Positions 36,601 to 49,800 of a DNA stretch of 64,000 bases are shown here, piece by piece. The notes beneath the pieces were generated by a model. The model worked only from the letters and a program-made list of their open reading frames with translations. It was not told the origin of the DNA and made no database searches. The position numbers and the translations under genes were made by a program. Numbering within the stretch: position 1 is the first letter of the stretch; the number at the start of each line of letters is the position of its first letter. This DNA comes from Octopus sinensis (Eukaryota). Where the stretch lies: NCBI RefSeq assembly GCF_006345805.1, contig NC_042997.1:195052001-195116000 (forward strand), read 5' to 3'.

Positions 36601-37544
36601 ATCGACCGCCCCCCGCCCTCTCCAAAAATTTCGGACCTTGTACCTAGAGTAGAAAAGACTCTGAAACTGAGTTGTCTTTAACCCATTAGCATTTAAACTG
36701 GCCATATCCAGTCCAAATATTCCACCTGTTTTATATTCAAATTAGCCATAACCAGCCTCCTATACATACCCTACCATGTCATTCTAAAAATAAGCAATCA
36801 CTTCATCAAAATCTCAAAGCTATGAGATAATACATGATTGATTCAATGTGACATCAATAAATAATCATTACCTTTGACAGATTAATCTGATTGCTAAAAG
36901 GTTAAACAATTCTTTTGTTGTCTATTTACAATATCCTTAATAAAAATGTGAATATTTAGATTATTTTTATTTATTTATGTGCCCTTTTCAAGCCTAGCCA
37001 GGCTCATGGGCCTGGTTTCCTGGTTTCTGTGGTGTATGTGTTCCCCCAGCTGTACGGGACGCCAGTCCATCGCAGCGTTACTCAAGAAACAGGAAGAGAG
37101 AGTGAGAGAAAGTTATGGCGAAAGAGTACAACAGGGGTCGCCCCCCCCTGCCAGAGCCTCATGGAGCTTTAGGTGTTTTCGCTCAATAAACTCACACAAC
37201 GCCCGGTCTGGGAATCGAAACCACGATCCTCCGACCACGAGTCTGCTGCCCTAACCACTGGGCCATTGCACCTCCACAAATATTTAGATTACCATACACA
37301 ATTCTCTGTTTATTTATGGAATTATTGATTTCAAATTTTGGTACAAGGCTAGCATTTTCAGTGGAGGGGTTAAGTCGATTACATCAACTCCCAGTCCTCA
37401 ACCAGGATTTATTTTATTGGCCTTGAAAGGATGAAAGGCAAATACAACTTTGGCAGGGTTTGAACTCAGAATGTAAAGATGAAATAAACTGCTGCTAAGT
37501 ATTTTGCCGAACATGCTAATGGTTCTGCCAGCTTGCTATGCATC

Positions 37545-38520
37545 ATCTGAATGTGGCTGATGCAAGTGCCTCCTGACTGGCTCCCATGCTGGTGGCATGT
37601 AAAAAATACCAACCAAATGTGGCTGATGCCAGGCATGCCTGACTGGCTCCTGTGCTAGTGGCATATATAAAGCACCATCTGAACATGGTTGATGCCAGTG
37701 CCCCCTGACTGGCTCCCATGCTGGTGGCACATAAGAAGCATTATCCAAACATGGTCGATGCCAGGGCCACCCGACTGGCTCCCATGCCAGTGGAATGTAT
37801 AAAGCACCATCCAAACGTGGCTGATGTCAATGCCCCTCACTGGCGGCTCCCATGCTGGTGGCACATAAAAAGCACTATCCAAATGTGATTGATGCCAGGC
37901 CCACCTGACTGGCTCTCACGCCAGTGGCATGTAAAAAGCACCATCTGAACATAGTTGATGCCAGGTCTGTCTGACTGGCTTCCATACCGGTGGCACATAA
38001 AGAGCACCATCTGAATGCAGTTGATGCCAGGTCTGCCTGACTGGCTTCCATACCGGTGGCACATAAAGAGCACCATCTGAATGCAGTTGATGCCAGGTCT
38101 GCCTGACTGGCTTCCATACCGGTGGCACATAAAGAGCACCATCTGAATGCAGTTGATGCCAGGTCTGCCTGACTGGCTTCCATACCGGTGGCACATAAAG
38201 AGCACCATCTGAATGCAGTTGATGCCAGGTCTGCCTGACTGGCTTCCATACCGTGGCACATAAAGAGCACCATCTGAATGCAGTTGATGCCAGGTCTGCC
38301 TGACTGGCTTCCATACCGGTGGCACATAAAGAGCACCATCTGAATGCAGTTGATGCCAGGTCTGCCTGACTGGCTCCTGTGCTGGTGGCACATATAAAGT
38401 ACCATCCAAGCGTGGCTGATGTCAGTACCCATGACTGGCTCCCAATCCGGTAGCATGTAAAAAGCACTATCCAAACATGATCGATGCCCGGCCTGCCTGA
38501 CAGGCTCCTGTGCCAGTGAC
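37545..38520. repeat. 66-bp minisatellite (~14 copies) inside a (GAT)n-tailed family E element
   Basis: tgccagg at 37959, 38025, 38091, 38157, 38223, 38288, 38354. The core copies are essentially identical and the flanking copies are diverged. The element tail runs to ~38710. Confidence 0.95.
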
Positions 38521-39054
38521 ATGTAAAAGGCACCTACAACACTCTTGGAGTGGTTGGTGTTAGGAAGGGCATCCAGCTGTAGAAACATTGCCAGATCAGA
38601 TTGGAGCCTGGTGCAGCTGGTGGCTTTCCTGACCTCAGTCAAACCATCCAACCCAAGCCAGCATGGAAAATGGACGTTAAACAATGATGATGATGATGAT
38701 GATGATGATAACCACTAAATAATTCTAAAAGTAATTCACTTGTATGAGTAAATAAAAGTCTTTTTTACTTGTTTCAGTTATTTGACTGCAGCCATGCTGG
38801 AGTACTATCTTTAGTCAAACAAATCGACCCCAGGACTTATACTTTTGTAAGTATAGTACTTATTCTATCTGCCTCTTTTGCTGAGCTGCTAAGTTACAGG
38901 AATGTAAACACACCAACATAGGTTGTCAAGCGATGATGAGAGACAAACGCAGACATACAGATACATAGAAACATTTCTTTTTTTCTAGTTTCAGCTCAGA
39001 GCTGCGGCCTTGCTGATGCACTGCCGTTAAATATATATATATACATACATATAC

Positions 39055-39105
<51 letters not shown>

Positions 39106-39118
39106 CATATATATATAT

Positions 39119-39160
<42 letters not shown>

Positions 39161-39190
39161 CATACATACATACTACATACATACATACAT

Positions 39191-39272
<82 letters not shown>

Positions 39273-39302
39273 TATTATATGTGTGTGGTGTGTGTGTGTA
39301 TA

Positions 39303-39337
<35 letters not shown>

Positions 39338-39340
<3 letters not shown>

Positions 39341-39529
39341 AATCGCCATGATAGATCGTTAGCCACTACACACATTTTTTCTCTCCTTGTTTTTCTGTAT
39401 CCCTTTCTGTAGAAGAGCGTAGGCTCGAAACGTAAAAGACTTTTTCTATTCCTGAGCATTATACTAATACATCTGTTTGTTTTGTACACCACTTGTCTTT
39501 GTCTTTTGTTTTTTTTTGTAAACTCTCCC
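39338..39529 (+). mobile_element. Short (TA)n-associated element with a hammerhead-like motif (second copy 62141-62331)
   Basis: cttt-CTGTAGA-a-gagc-gtag-gctc-GAAAC-GTA-aaag at 39403-39438; second copy at 62208-62243. Both end in ctccc(TA)n. Confidence 0.7.
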
Positions 39530-40049
39530 TATATATATATATATATATACACATATATATATTTTCTACAGTGGGCTTCTTTCAGTTTCCATCTACCAAA
39601 TTCACTCACAAGGCTTTGGTTGGCCCAAGGCTGTAGTAGAAGACACTTGCCCATGGTGCAATGCAGTGGGACTAAACCCAGAGCCATGTGGTTGGGAAGC
39701 AAGCTTCTTACCTCACAGCCACCCCTTTGCCTATGTGATATAAATTCTGTATTTGACGATGAAGTTGTGCCAAGGGTTTTCTGTTCTTCTCTTTTTAGTT
39801 TGATTTTATTTATTTCAAGGTAGTTTTTTGCAGTTTAGCAGTGATTTTGTTAGTTTACTTTTATTATTATTATTATTATTGAGTAAGTGAGCACTGCATG
39901 TCATCAAAGTGACACTGGTGATCTCATATCAAGATAAACAGCACATGACCTTGCAGGTGGGTCCCAGTTAGAATTTTCTTCTGGTCGAATAACCCATCCC
40001 GCTCAAAAGGTCCCTGAATAAAGGTTGTTTAAGGATGTTGAATGAAACA

Positions 40050-40150
40050 TCATCATCCTCATCATCATCATCATCATCATCATCACCATCACCATCACCA
40101 CCACACCACCACCACCATCACCATCATTGTCATCATCATCATCATCATCA

Positions 40151-40205
<55 letters not shown>

Positions 40206-40210
40206 TTCAT
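40050..40210. repeat. Compound (CAT)n/(CAC)n/(TAT)n microsatellite
   Basis: Directly visible. Confidence 0.98.
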
Positions 40211-43200
40211 TTATTTTCAAGGTGGCCACCTAACAGAATCAATACTGTGCCTGACAAAAATGCTGCAGTATTTCTTCCAGGTTTACATTCTGAGTTCAAA
40301 TGCCACCAGAATCGACTTCGCCTTTCATTCTTTCAAGGGTTGATGAAATAAATACCAGTTAACTACTGAGGTTGGTGTAATCGATTAGCCTTCTCCCTCA
40401 AAATTTCCAGACCTTATGCCTATAGTAAAAAAGGCTGTAATTTTAAAAATAAAAATTATTGTTATTGCTGTTGTTGTTGTCATTATTATTATTAGACGTA
40501 ACTTCGGTATAAGTACCGGTGTAAGTATCGGATACATTTCAAGAAAGTGTTTTTTTTATATATGGGGGGTTAGGGTTAGGAGAAAGGGGTTTCTGTTATC
40601 TTCAGAAATGCCAGTGACACGTAAAAAGCACCTACAACACTCTTGGAGTGGTTGGTGTTAGGAAGGGCATCCAGCTGTAGAAACATTGCCAGATCAAGAT
40701 TGGAGCCTGGTCAAACCATCCAATCCATGCCAGCATGGAAAACGGACGTTAAACAATGACGATGATGATGATGATAACCACTATATATATATACCGATGG
40801 ATCGCCTTATTATTATTATTATTATTACTTTTTTTTTCTTCTTTCAAATTTGCTTCCATTTCTTGCCGAGTGTCTTCCCGACTCTCAACGACATTATTAT
40901 TATTATTGTTGTTATTGTTATTGTCCTAACAGGCCAAGCATAATAATATCAATAGTATTGTTGTTATTGTCGCCGTCGTTTTAAAAGTGTTAAGAAATGC
41001 TGTTATCGCAAAGGGAAGGTACTCTGAGAGACTGTTGGAGGTCGGCGAAGTCGCGGCTGTCCTAGCTCTGCTTATCAACAGATGATGCCAACTGCCAGAA
41101 AGTCTTCAGAGCAGTAGGGACTATCCTCGACGTGTCCATTGTCACATAATAATTTCAGGTCAGTTTATTTAACACATTCACCCCGCACTGTCGCTTATCA
41201 TATTTTTTATCTCTCCACATTTTTTTGTTTCTCACTATTACATCATCCGTTAATTGGTGAGTTTTCAGCCCTAAATTCCGTTTTTCTCTCTCTCTCTCTC
41301 TCACACAACCCATCTTTATTATTCTCTTCTGTGATTCTGGGTGGGGAAAAAATGTCAAACTTAATTTGTTTATGTAAAACTTTATGATTTAATATTTATT
41401 ATGTAAGAAATTATCTATGCTCATTTCAGTTTGTTTTTGTTGGGTGCCGTGGTATAGCAGTTTTCGGTGAATCCAGTTCGCGATATTGTTTCATTCCGTT
41501 TTCCTTTCATTCACTCCGAATTCTTAATTACTTTACGGAAAACTTTTATAAATACTAAATTTCTCCTTTATCTCTCTGAACATAAAAGAAAAAGATAAGA
41601 AACTACAGACTTCATTTGTAAATAGAAAGAAAACGGGATTAATGTTTCGTAGTACCGCTACGATAGTAATAATGATAATAGTAATAATAATATAAGAACA
41701 ACACAGAACCGCCCCCAGCAATAGTTCTAAGATTTTATGTTTGTGATGGCGTGTATGTGATACAGGGATAAATTCTTAGTAAAAAGGGTTCAACAAGTAT
41801 GTACATTTCTCTCTTTCAATGACTTAGAGCGGTGACTTAGCAGAAATTGTGTCTCTCTCGACAATCGCAGTTTCACTCCATTTACATTCCAAGTTTGAAT
41901 TTGGCCCAGACTTGACATTGCTTCACCCCATAGACATAAAAATAAGCATCGGCAATATACAGAGATCGTTTCAAGAAGACGGAAGAGGAATAGGATTTAT
42001 TGATCCTTAGAAAGTTGTCCTGGTTCCTTGTCCAAGGAAATCAATCTCGCATAAGATGAAAGTAATTACTTGCAATTCTCAGAAGCTTTCAAGTGGTCGC
42101 CTGACCTACTACAAGTGGCAAACCTCCTTCAATTCACATCCTACTCAGTTAAAATAAAGGGCATGTTGGATAACGTAATCTTTGATATGTAATTATTGAT
42201 GAAAAAGCAAGGCGAGATGGTTACGGCTTAACGTCTTTGGCCATGGGTCTATCTGAGCAGGGCTAACCTGTGATTAAACATATACATAAGTATTATGTAT
42301 GTATGTGTGTGTGTGGGCGAATAGTTAAGTGGATGCAGTTGAAATCCAGCAAGAAAGCGTTAACTCGCATCCAAAGATAACTTAAGGTGACCCCATATCG
42401 TAACAATTTTCTTAGCTTTAATTTATACAAGCGAAGAACTTGACTAGAAGATAAAAGTGGACTGGGAAATAATGATTTCTTCGTTGAAGATAAAGGGTTT
42501 TATTTCCTTTTTGAGGGAAAAATATTTAACCGATGTAAGTTTATTACTGGTATTTATCGCCCCAAGGGACGGATGGAAGGTAGTCAAGAATGTCATTTGA
42601 TGCTTTATTGTTTATTTTTAATCGTGATTTAAGATTGTCGACACCTACACATTTCTATAATTCTTTTACACATATTTTATGCTGAGAATAAATACACTTG
42701 TATATTACACAATCCTAAGCAAGTTCAGGTATTCTCTCATTGAATTATTTTTCTAACGTCCTTCCTTTTTCTAAATCTCAGCATTATATAATTCTTTGTC
42801 TTTTTTTTCCCGAGGGAAATTGTCATTTCGTCATCTCTAGTGTGTGTGTATGTGTCTGTGTGAAGCCAAATATGTAATCAAAACCGAGTGACCGATTGAA
42901 TAACAATGAACAGCTGATTCTTACACCGGGGTTGTATGTTTGCCATCAAATACAACTTCTAAATATAATTAAATTAATCACCTGTTTATTAATTTCAGAA
43001 ATATTTAAGTAAAGAAATACCGAAATAATAATAGTAATGGTTTCAAATTTCGGCGCAGATCCAGCAGTTTTTGAGAGATGGGGCAGTTTCGATTACATCG
43101 ATTCAAGGGTTGTATTTTGGTTAGATACAAAAGTAGTTATTGTTTGAGCAAGCCTATGGCATCAAAGTAGTCGGCCTGGATGGCATTATTCAGTATTTAT

Positions 43201-46200
43201 ATTTGTCTTCTTTTAAGACTTTTAGATATACTTTCTCTGGGGAGACTTGGCTGGCAATTACTTCTGTCAGGATCTACCACATTCTTACACAAGGACGGTT
43301 TCCTTGTATTTTATTTCATCAGCTCGGATGACACAAATCTTTAATTTCTTCCGAGAAAATTCTTGCCATTCTCAAGATCATTACCGTCGGTGTGATCACA
43401 GTCCAATAAATTATGGCCACTACATTTTTATGCCTAAATATTGTTATAAAAATAATGTCCATTCCTTAACTATGTATAAAACCTGAAATTCTCTTCCAAG
43501 TATCGACACAAGCGGTGTTATTTAACTCTTCAGATACAGTATTAAATAGTGTAAATAACTAGTTTATATTTTATTTGACTGGGCTGGTTCCTTTCTTTAA
43601 CCGGTCACTGTTTTAAGCCGTTTTCTTAATTTTATTCAATGTTGGGATAAATAGATAATTCTTCAACAGTAAATCTACTAGATTCTTCTTTTTGGCTTCT
43701 TTCGTGTTTTCATTCATGACCTTCACAGTTCCTTACATCTTTGGTGGTGGAAGGGTTTCTATTAACAGCGAAATAGCGCTCAATACAAACACACACAGAG
43801 ACATGAATTTGAATATCAAATTTAATTTTGGATTAAAAGTTATTGTCCGATCGACTGTGTCTTGTATTTTGTACTATGCACAATAGTATTTATATGGTCG
43901 AGTTTTGTTTACTTCTCTTGTCTGTACGGTAAATTCATATATATCTATCTGCTTTGGTGTTGGTCTCTGTGGCTCTGTATGTCTACTTGTATCTGTGTGT
44001 ATACGGGATCTGTTAATATCTCATATTTGTCCTTAAGAGACTTAAAAACAGAAATTGTATGTGTTAGTCTCAAGAGGAGACACAGTGTTTATGGATTTGT
44101 CGTTTTGAGTCCCATTCGTAAAGCTGTAACTAATAGCTATTTTCAAGTTTCGTGAAAACTTGAAAAATCGTCGTCCTTGGGTGTCATAGAAAAGCAGACC
44201 ATTTCGATACTACTGAATAACGCCTTAACAACAGTCTCTTCTTGGTTTTCGCTGTAGTTGACGAAGTTCTTGTTAGTCTTATTTGTTGATGCTAATTGTC
44301 CTATCTCTCACTGTATCGAACTCTATTTTTCACCCGAATTATTCCATGTAAGACTCCAGGAAGATTTTCCTTGTTACAGTATCACCACCAGCATAGCTAG
44401 AGTGTGTGCCGTCCGGGGCGACCCTTCCGTATGCTGCCTCCGGACCCCACAAAAAAATACATATTGCCTACAGCAGACCCAAAAGTGCCGCCCCATTAAA
44501 GTTTCGGGCCCCAGTTATGAACTCATTTGCGTACAACTAATCAGAGCTAAACTATCAAACTAATTTATGTGATGGGCGATAAGAAAGGGTCACTTGGGTA
44601 AGGAATAACCATGTTTCGTTTCTCTTTTAAGAATGCTTCGTGATCTTGCTTCAACCATGGCTGCCTCTGTGTAGTTATTTGTGTTGTTGTTTACTTTGTA
44701 AAAGTAAGGGGAGAGGGTTGCTTGTACATCACCCTCTACCCACATTTTTCCCATCCACATCTTTACCATATGGGGCCCTAACAAAATCCGATTATAGGTA
44801 TAGATGCAAATCTAATAACTTGTCTCCTTCTAAAATCAGGCGTAACTTTGCGATCGGTCGACTTACAAAACCGTTCTTCGTCTTGAGTTTACTTGGTAGA
44901 GTGTGTTTGTTAACGTCACAACAGGACCAAGGTGAGCACTGGTTGGCTGTATGCAAATGAGTTCATTATTGGGGGTCCGGAACTCTCGTGGGAAAAAAAT
45001 TCGCGTACCAGAGTTCGACTAAACGATTTCAAGGCAGTGCTCCAGCATGGCTACAGTCTAATGACTGAAACAAAACTGAGAAAAGATAAAATCTTAACAA
45101 ACCATACTCTGAAGACCTCAGGATGTTGTGTTGAATGATTGAGGACTGGACAGTTTTGCAAGACATAACAACGTTGATTTGAACTTCTGTTGTTTTCCAT
45201 GTTAACTGCTTCTTTCAAAAGTGCATTTATAATAGTTAATGGGGTGGGAATGGGGTATAAAAAACGTGTGTGAAGTGTGAATATATTCTGATTATATGAT
45301 GGGCATCTTTCAGCTTTTTATTTCTTTATTGCCCACAAGGGGACAAACAAGGACAGACAAAAGGATTAAGTCAATTACATCGACCCCAGTACGTAACTAG
45401 TACTTTATTTATCGACCCCGAAAGGACGAAAGGCAAAGTCGACCTCGGCGGAATTCGAACTCAGAACGTAACAGCAGACGAAATACTGCTAAGCATTTCA
45501 CCCGGCATGCTAACGTTTCTGCCAGCTCGCCGCCTTCTTTCAGCTTCTGCCTACTCACAAGGCTTTGATCTACTCACAAGGCTTTGATCAGCCTCGGGCT
45601 ACAGGAGAAAACACTTGGCCAAGGTGCAATGCAGTGGAACTGAACACGGAACCATGTGGTTAGGAAGCATTCTTCTTACCACCCAGCCAGAGAATCTTTG
45701 CTTCCTGAATACATGAATTCAATATTCTCTGTAAAGCAGTACACTCTGCAAAATGGCTGGTGTTAGGAAAGGCATCCAGTCATAGAAACCTTGCCAAAAC
45801 TGACAAATGGAACCTGGGCAGATCTCTGGATTGTCAACTCCTGTCATCCTGTCCAACCCATGCCAGCATGGAAAACAGATGTTAAACAAGAATGATGATG
45901 ATTCTGTTGACACATCAATCTATATTTATACACATTAGGGTAACAGTATATGTTCCAGGAAAGGTGGCGAGCTGGCAGAATTGTCAGCACGTTGGGCGAA
46001 ATGCTTAGCGGTATTTCGTTTGCCATTACGTTCTGAGTTCAAATTCCGCCGAGGTCAACTTTGCCTTTCATCCTTTCAGGGTCGATTAAATAAGTACCAG
46101 TTACACACTGGGGTCGATGTAATTGACTTAATTCGTGTTTCTGTCCTTGTTTGTCCCCTCTGTGTTTAGCCCCTTTTGGGTAGTAAAGAAATAAGTATAT

Positions 46201-46632
46201 GTACCAGGAAAAAATTGGGTTTACTTGACAACAATGCTTTAAATCAGTCACTCTCTACTAATGCTTGAAATTATTGTTGTTGTTGCTGTTAAGGTGGCAA
46301 GCTGGCAGAATAGTGTGTTGCTAAGTTCAAATTCCACTGAGGTTGACTTTATCTTTCATCATTTCAGGGTTGATAAAATAAGTACCAGTTAAACTCTGGG
46401 ATTGATCTAATTGGCTTTCCTCTCCTCCCAAAATAGTTTGTCTGTCTTTACTGAAGTAGCTCTGCAATTTGACAACCAGTGTTAGTGGGTTTGTGTCCCT
46501 CGTTACTTAGCAGCTCAGCAAAAGACACCGATAGAATAAGTACAGAGGTCAATTTGTTTAACTGAAGTTCTTCAGGGCAGTGCCCCAGCATGGCCACAGT
46601 CTGATGACTGACACAAAAGATACAAGTCTACA

Positions 46633-46866
46633 AGGGCGGCGAGCTTGGCAGAAACGTTAGCCTGCCGGGCAAAATGCTTAGAGGTATTTCATCTGCCGCT
46701 ACGTTCTGAGTTCAAATTCCGCTGAGGTCGACTTTGCCTTTCATCCTTTCGGGGTCGATTAAATAAGTACCAGTTACGCACTGGGGTCGATTTAATCGAC
46801 TTAACACCTATGTCTGTCCTTGTTTGTCCTCTCTGTGTTTAGTCCCTTGTGGGTAGTAAAGAAATA
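46633..46866 (+). mobile_element. tRNA-SINE family A (representative full copy; about 30 copies in the window)
   Basis: A box tggcagaaacg, B box gagttcaaattcc, core gcctttcatcctttcggggtcga, 14-bp TSD gatacaagtctaca. Others near 1422, 10545, 16710, 18925, 35760, 36270, 45320, 45960, 49790, 51605, 52597, 60505. Confidence 0.92.
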
Positions 46867-49800
46867 GATACAAGTCTACATACATCCCTAGAATATTGTA
46901 TGAAGAAAAAAAGTTAAGGGGTTAAAGGTTCCTCTTGAGCAATATCTATACACTTCATCATTTGCATGCCCAGCTGGAGACAGGCAATCATGTATGAATT
47001 TGATGGTCTGTCACCATGGCAACAACAACGACTGTTGATAGATGCCATTGTATCTGAAAGTCTTTAAGTTTCTGTGCTATCAATATATGCATCATTAAGT
47101 ACGATTTTCTTCTTAACACTGTCTCAGTGAACCATAATCTATGGAAACTTGCTACAACTTCAGTTTAATAGAAAAAAAAATGAAAAAAAAAACGTTTCTA
47201 AATATTTGATAACATGGTTCACAGAGGCGGAACTTCATCTTTTAATCCTTAATCATTTAAATTTCCATATAATCTAAAAAGATTTCTGTGTGGTAAGTAG
47301 CTTGCTTGCCAACCACATGGTTCCGGGTTCGGTCCCACTGCGTGGCACCTTGGGCAAGTGTCTTCTACTATAGCCTCGGGCCAACCAAAGCCTTGTGAGT
47401 GGATTTGGTAGACAGAAACTGAAAGAAGCCCGTTGTATATATGTATATGTATATGTGTGTATTTGTGTGTGTGTATTTTGTACTTCTTCATCTTGACATT
47501 CTGTGATTGTTGTAAAGAAGTTTGACCATTTATACAAGCAGTGTTCTTCATTTCTAATCTTCCATGAAAACATAATCCGATCATTGGAAATACTACCTTT
47601 GCTTGGAAATGGGTGAGGGTTAACAACAGCAAAGACATCCGGCTATAGAACATCTGTCTCAACAAGTTCTATTCGAATCACGCAAACATGGGAAAGTGGA
47701 CACTAAACTGATAAAGAAGATAATGGCATGCTGTGAGGTAATTAGCTCAAAAGAGGAAAATACACCTATCGCTTTTCTTAGTTTCAGTAAAAGTACTTCA
47801 CTGGGTCTTAGTTTCAGTAAAAGTACTTCACAACCAGCTGTCAACAAACGACTGAAAATAAAAATTGGAGGCCGCTCAATATTCTCAGTTCGTGTTACGC
47901 CACATACGGATATGTTTGACGGCAGGAGATCAGTGAAGCTTGTAAAGAGATGGAGTTTATAACCTCATTCAATTACTTTTATATTATTTATGCATTTCAC
48001 CAAGTACTTTTCATTTTGCATCTTCATTCTTGTATTTATCTTGATGTCTTTCTTTATTGATTGCTGTATACCAACTTAAAACTGTTCATAGAATACACTT
48101 TGATATCATACTCTTTACTTACTTGTTTCAGTCACTTGACTGCAGCCATGCTGGAGCACCGCCTTTTAGTCGAGCAAATCGACCCCAGGACTTATTCTTT
48201 GTAAGCCTGGTACTTATTCTCTTGGTCTCTTTTGCTGAACTGCTAAGTGACGGTGACATAAACACACCAGCATCGGTTGTCAAGCAATGCTAGGGGGACA
48301 AACACAGACACACAAACATACACACACACATACATATGATGGGCTTCTTTCAGTTTCCGTCTACCAAATCCACTCACAAGGCTTTGGTCTGCCCTAGGCT
48401 ATGGTAGAAGACACTTGCCCAAGATGCCACGCAGTAGGACTGAACCCGGAACCATGCGGTTGGTAAGCAAGCTACTTACCACACAGCCACTCTTGTGCCT
48501 ATCATCATCACCAATACTGCTTTTATGCCTGCTTTCCATGCATGTACAACTTGCAGGAATCATTGCTGTGCTACTTGTTGAAATGCTAGACCAAATCTTG
48601 GTCATAAATTTCAAATTTGGTTTGGTTTTCTGTAACTGGATGCCCTTTTTCTTTCCTTGTTTTAGCTGGGGGCACTGAATTCAAGGGTTTTAATCTGATC
48701 CTGGTACTTATTTTTTAAAGTCTGCTATTTATTCTATCAGCCTCTTTTGCTAAACTGGTAAGTTACAGGGATGTAAACAAACCAACATAGGTTGTCAGGC
48801 AATGATGGGGACAAATTCACACACACACACACACACACACACAATAGACTTCTAGTTTCCCTTTACTAATCCACTCACAAGCTTGGTCTTTAGTAGGGGA
48901 CATTTTCCCCAGGTGCCATGCAGTGGGACTGAACCTGGAATCATGTTGGAAAGAAGCTTCTTTATTTCATTAAATTGGCTATGAAAACCGTACACAGATG
49001 GAGAAGCTATGGGCTGGACAAAGACATTAATGAGATGAGACAAATGATGAACAGGATGATATTAATGAGAGAAGGCAAAAGACGCCCACCAATCTTTGCT
49101 TCTCTAAAACATTGTTCTTTTGTGAACTTACGATTTGAGGCAATAAACCTCTTACCAATATTTCTTTTGGATTCAAGGTCCTTACAACGAGGCACTAAGC
49201 CTCTCACCTCAAATGACACCATGTCCTTGAAATGAAGCACTTGGCCCCTTGCAATTTTCTTACCATACATCCACACCTGTCTTATGCCAACCACTTTATG
49301 GTCTCTACCTTGTACATTTTCTTGTGTCATCAGCACTAAGGAATTTATCATGTCTTTGATAAGACTAAAGGTATCTCTTAACGGTGTGCACTAGGTGTTT
49401 CTCAATATGGGCCTCAGCACTAGGGAGGAGAAGGGTGCAAGTGTGATAGCAAGAGGTCGATAGATACTGAGGGTGAATGATGGATGTTGCTACCAAACTT
49501 CTTAACCATACAGCCATGCTCATGGTTAATCCATATTTCTCCATAAGGAGTATAGGGCTCTCTGGTTTCTCTGGCATGTATATTCCTTCCTGGATGGGAA
49601 TTTGGTCCATCCCAGGCCATGCTCATGGCTGAAACATACTTGTTATAAGGCTGCTCTTTTAGGAGGACACAAGAACCATTTAAAGAAAGCATTTTTGCAC
49701 ATTTGTCCAGGCACAGGTGTACCTGTGTGTGGTAAGAAGCTTGCTTCCCAACCACATGGTATTAGGTTTAGCAGAATCGTTAGCACGAGCTAGCAGAATC

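Noticed and set aside
37536-38684. Long ORFs up to 269 aa on the minus strand
   Set aside because: Produced by a 66-bp (multiple of 3) minisatellite; repetitive peptide with no protein signature.
40035-40351. Poly-His/Ser/Tyr/Ile ORFs
   Set aside because: Trinucleotide microsatellites.
43130-44400. Coding-like decayed sequence on the minus strand
   Set aside because: All frames are interrupted by many stops and I recognise no motif; cannot be assigned without a translated search.
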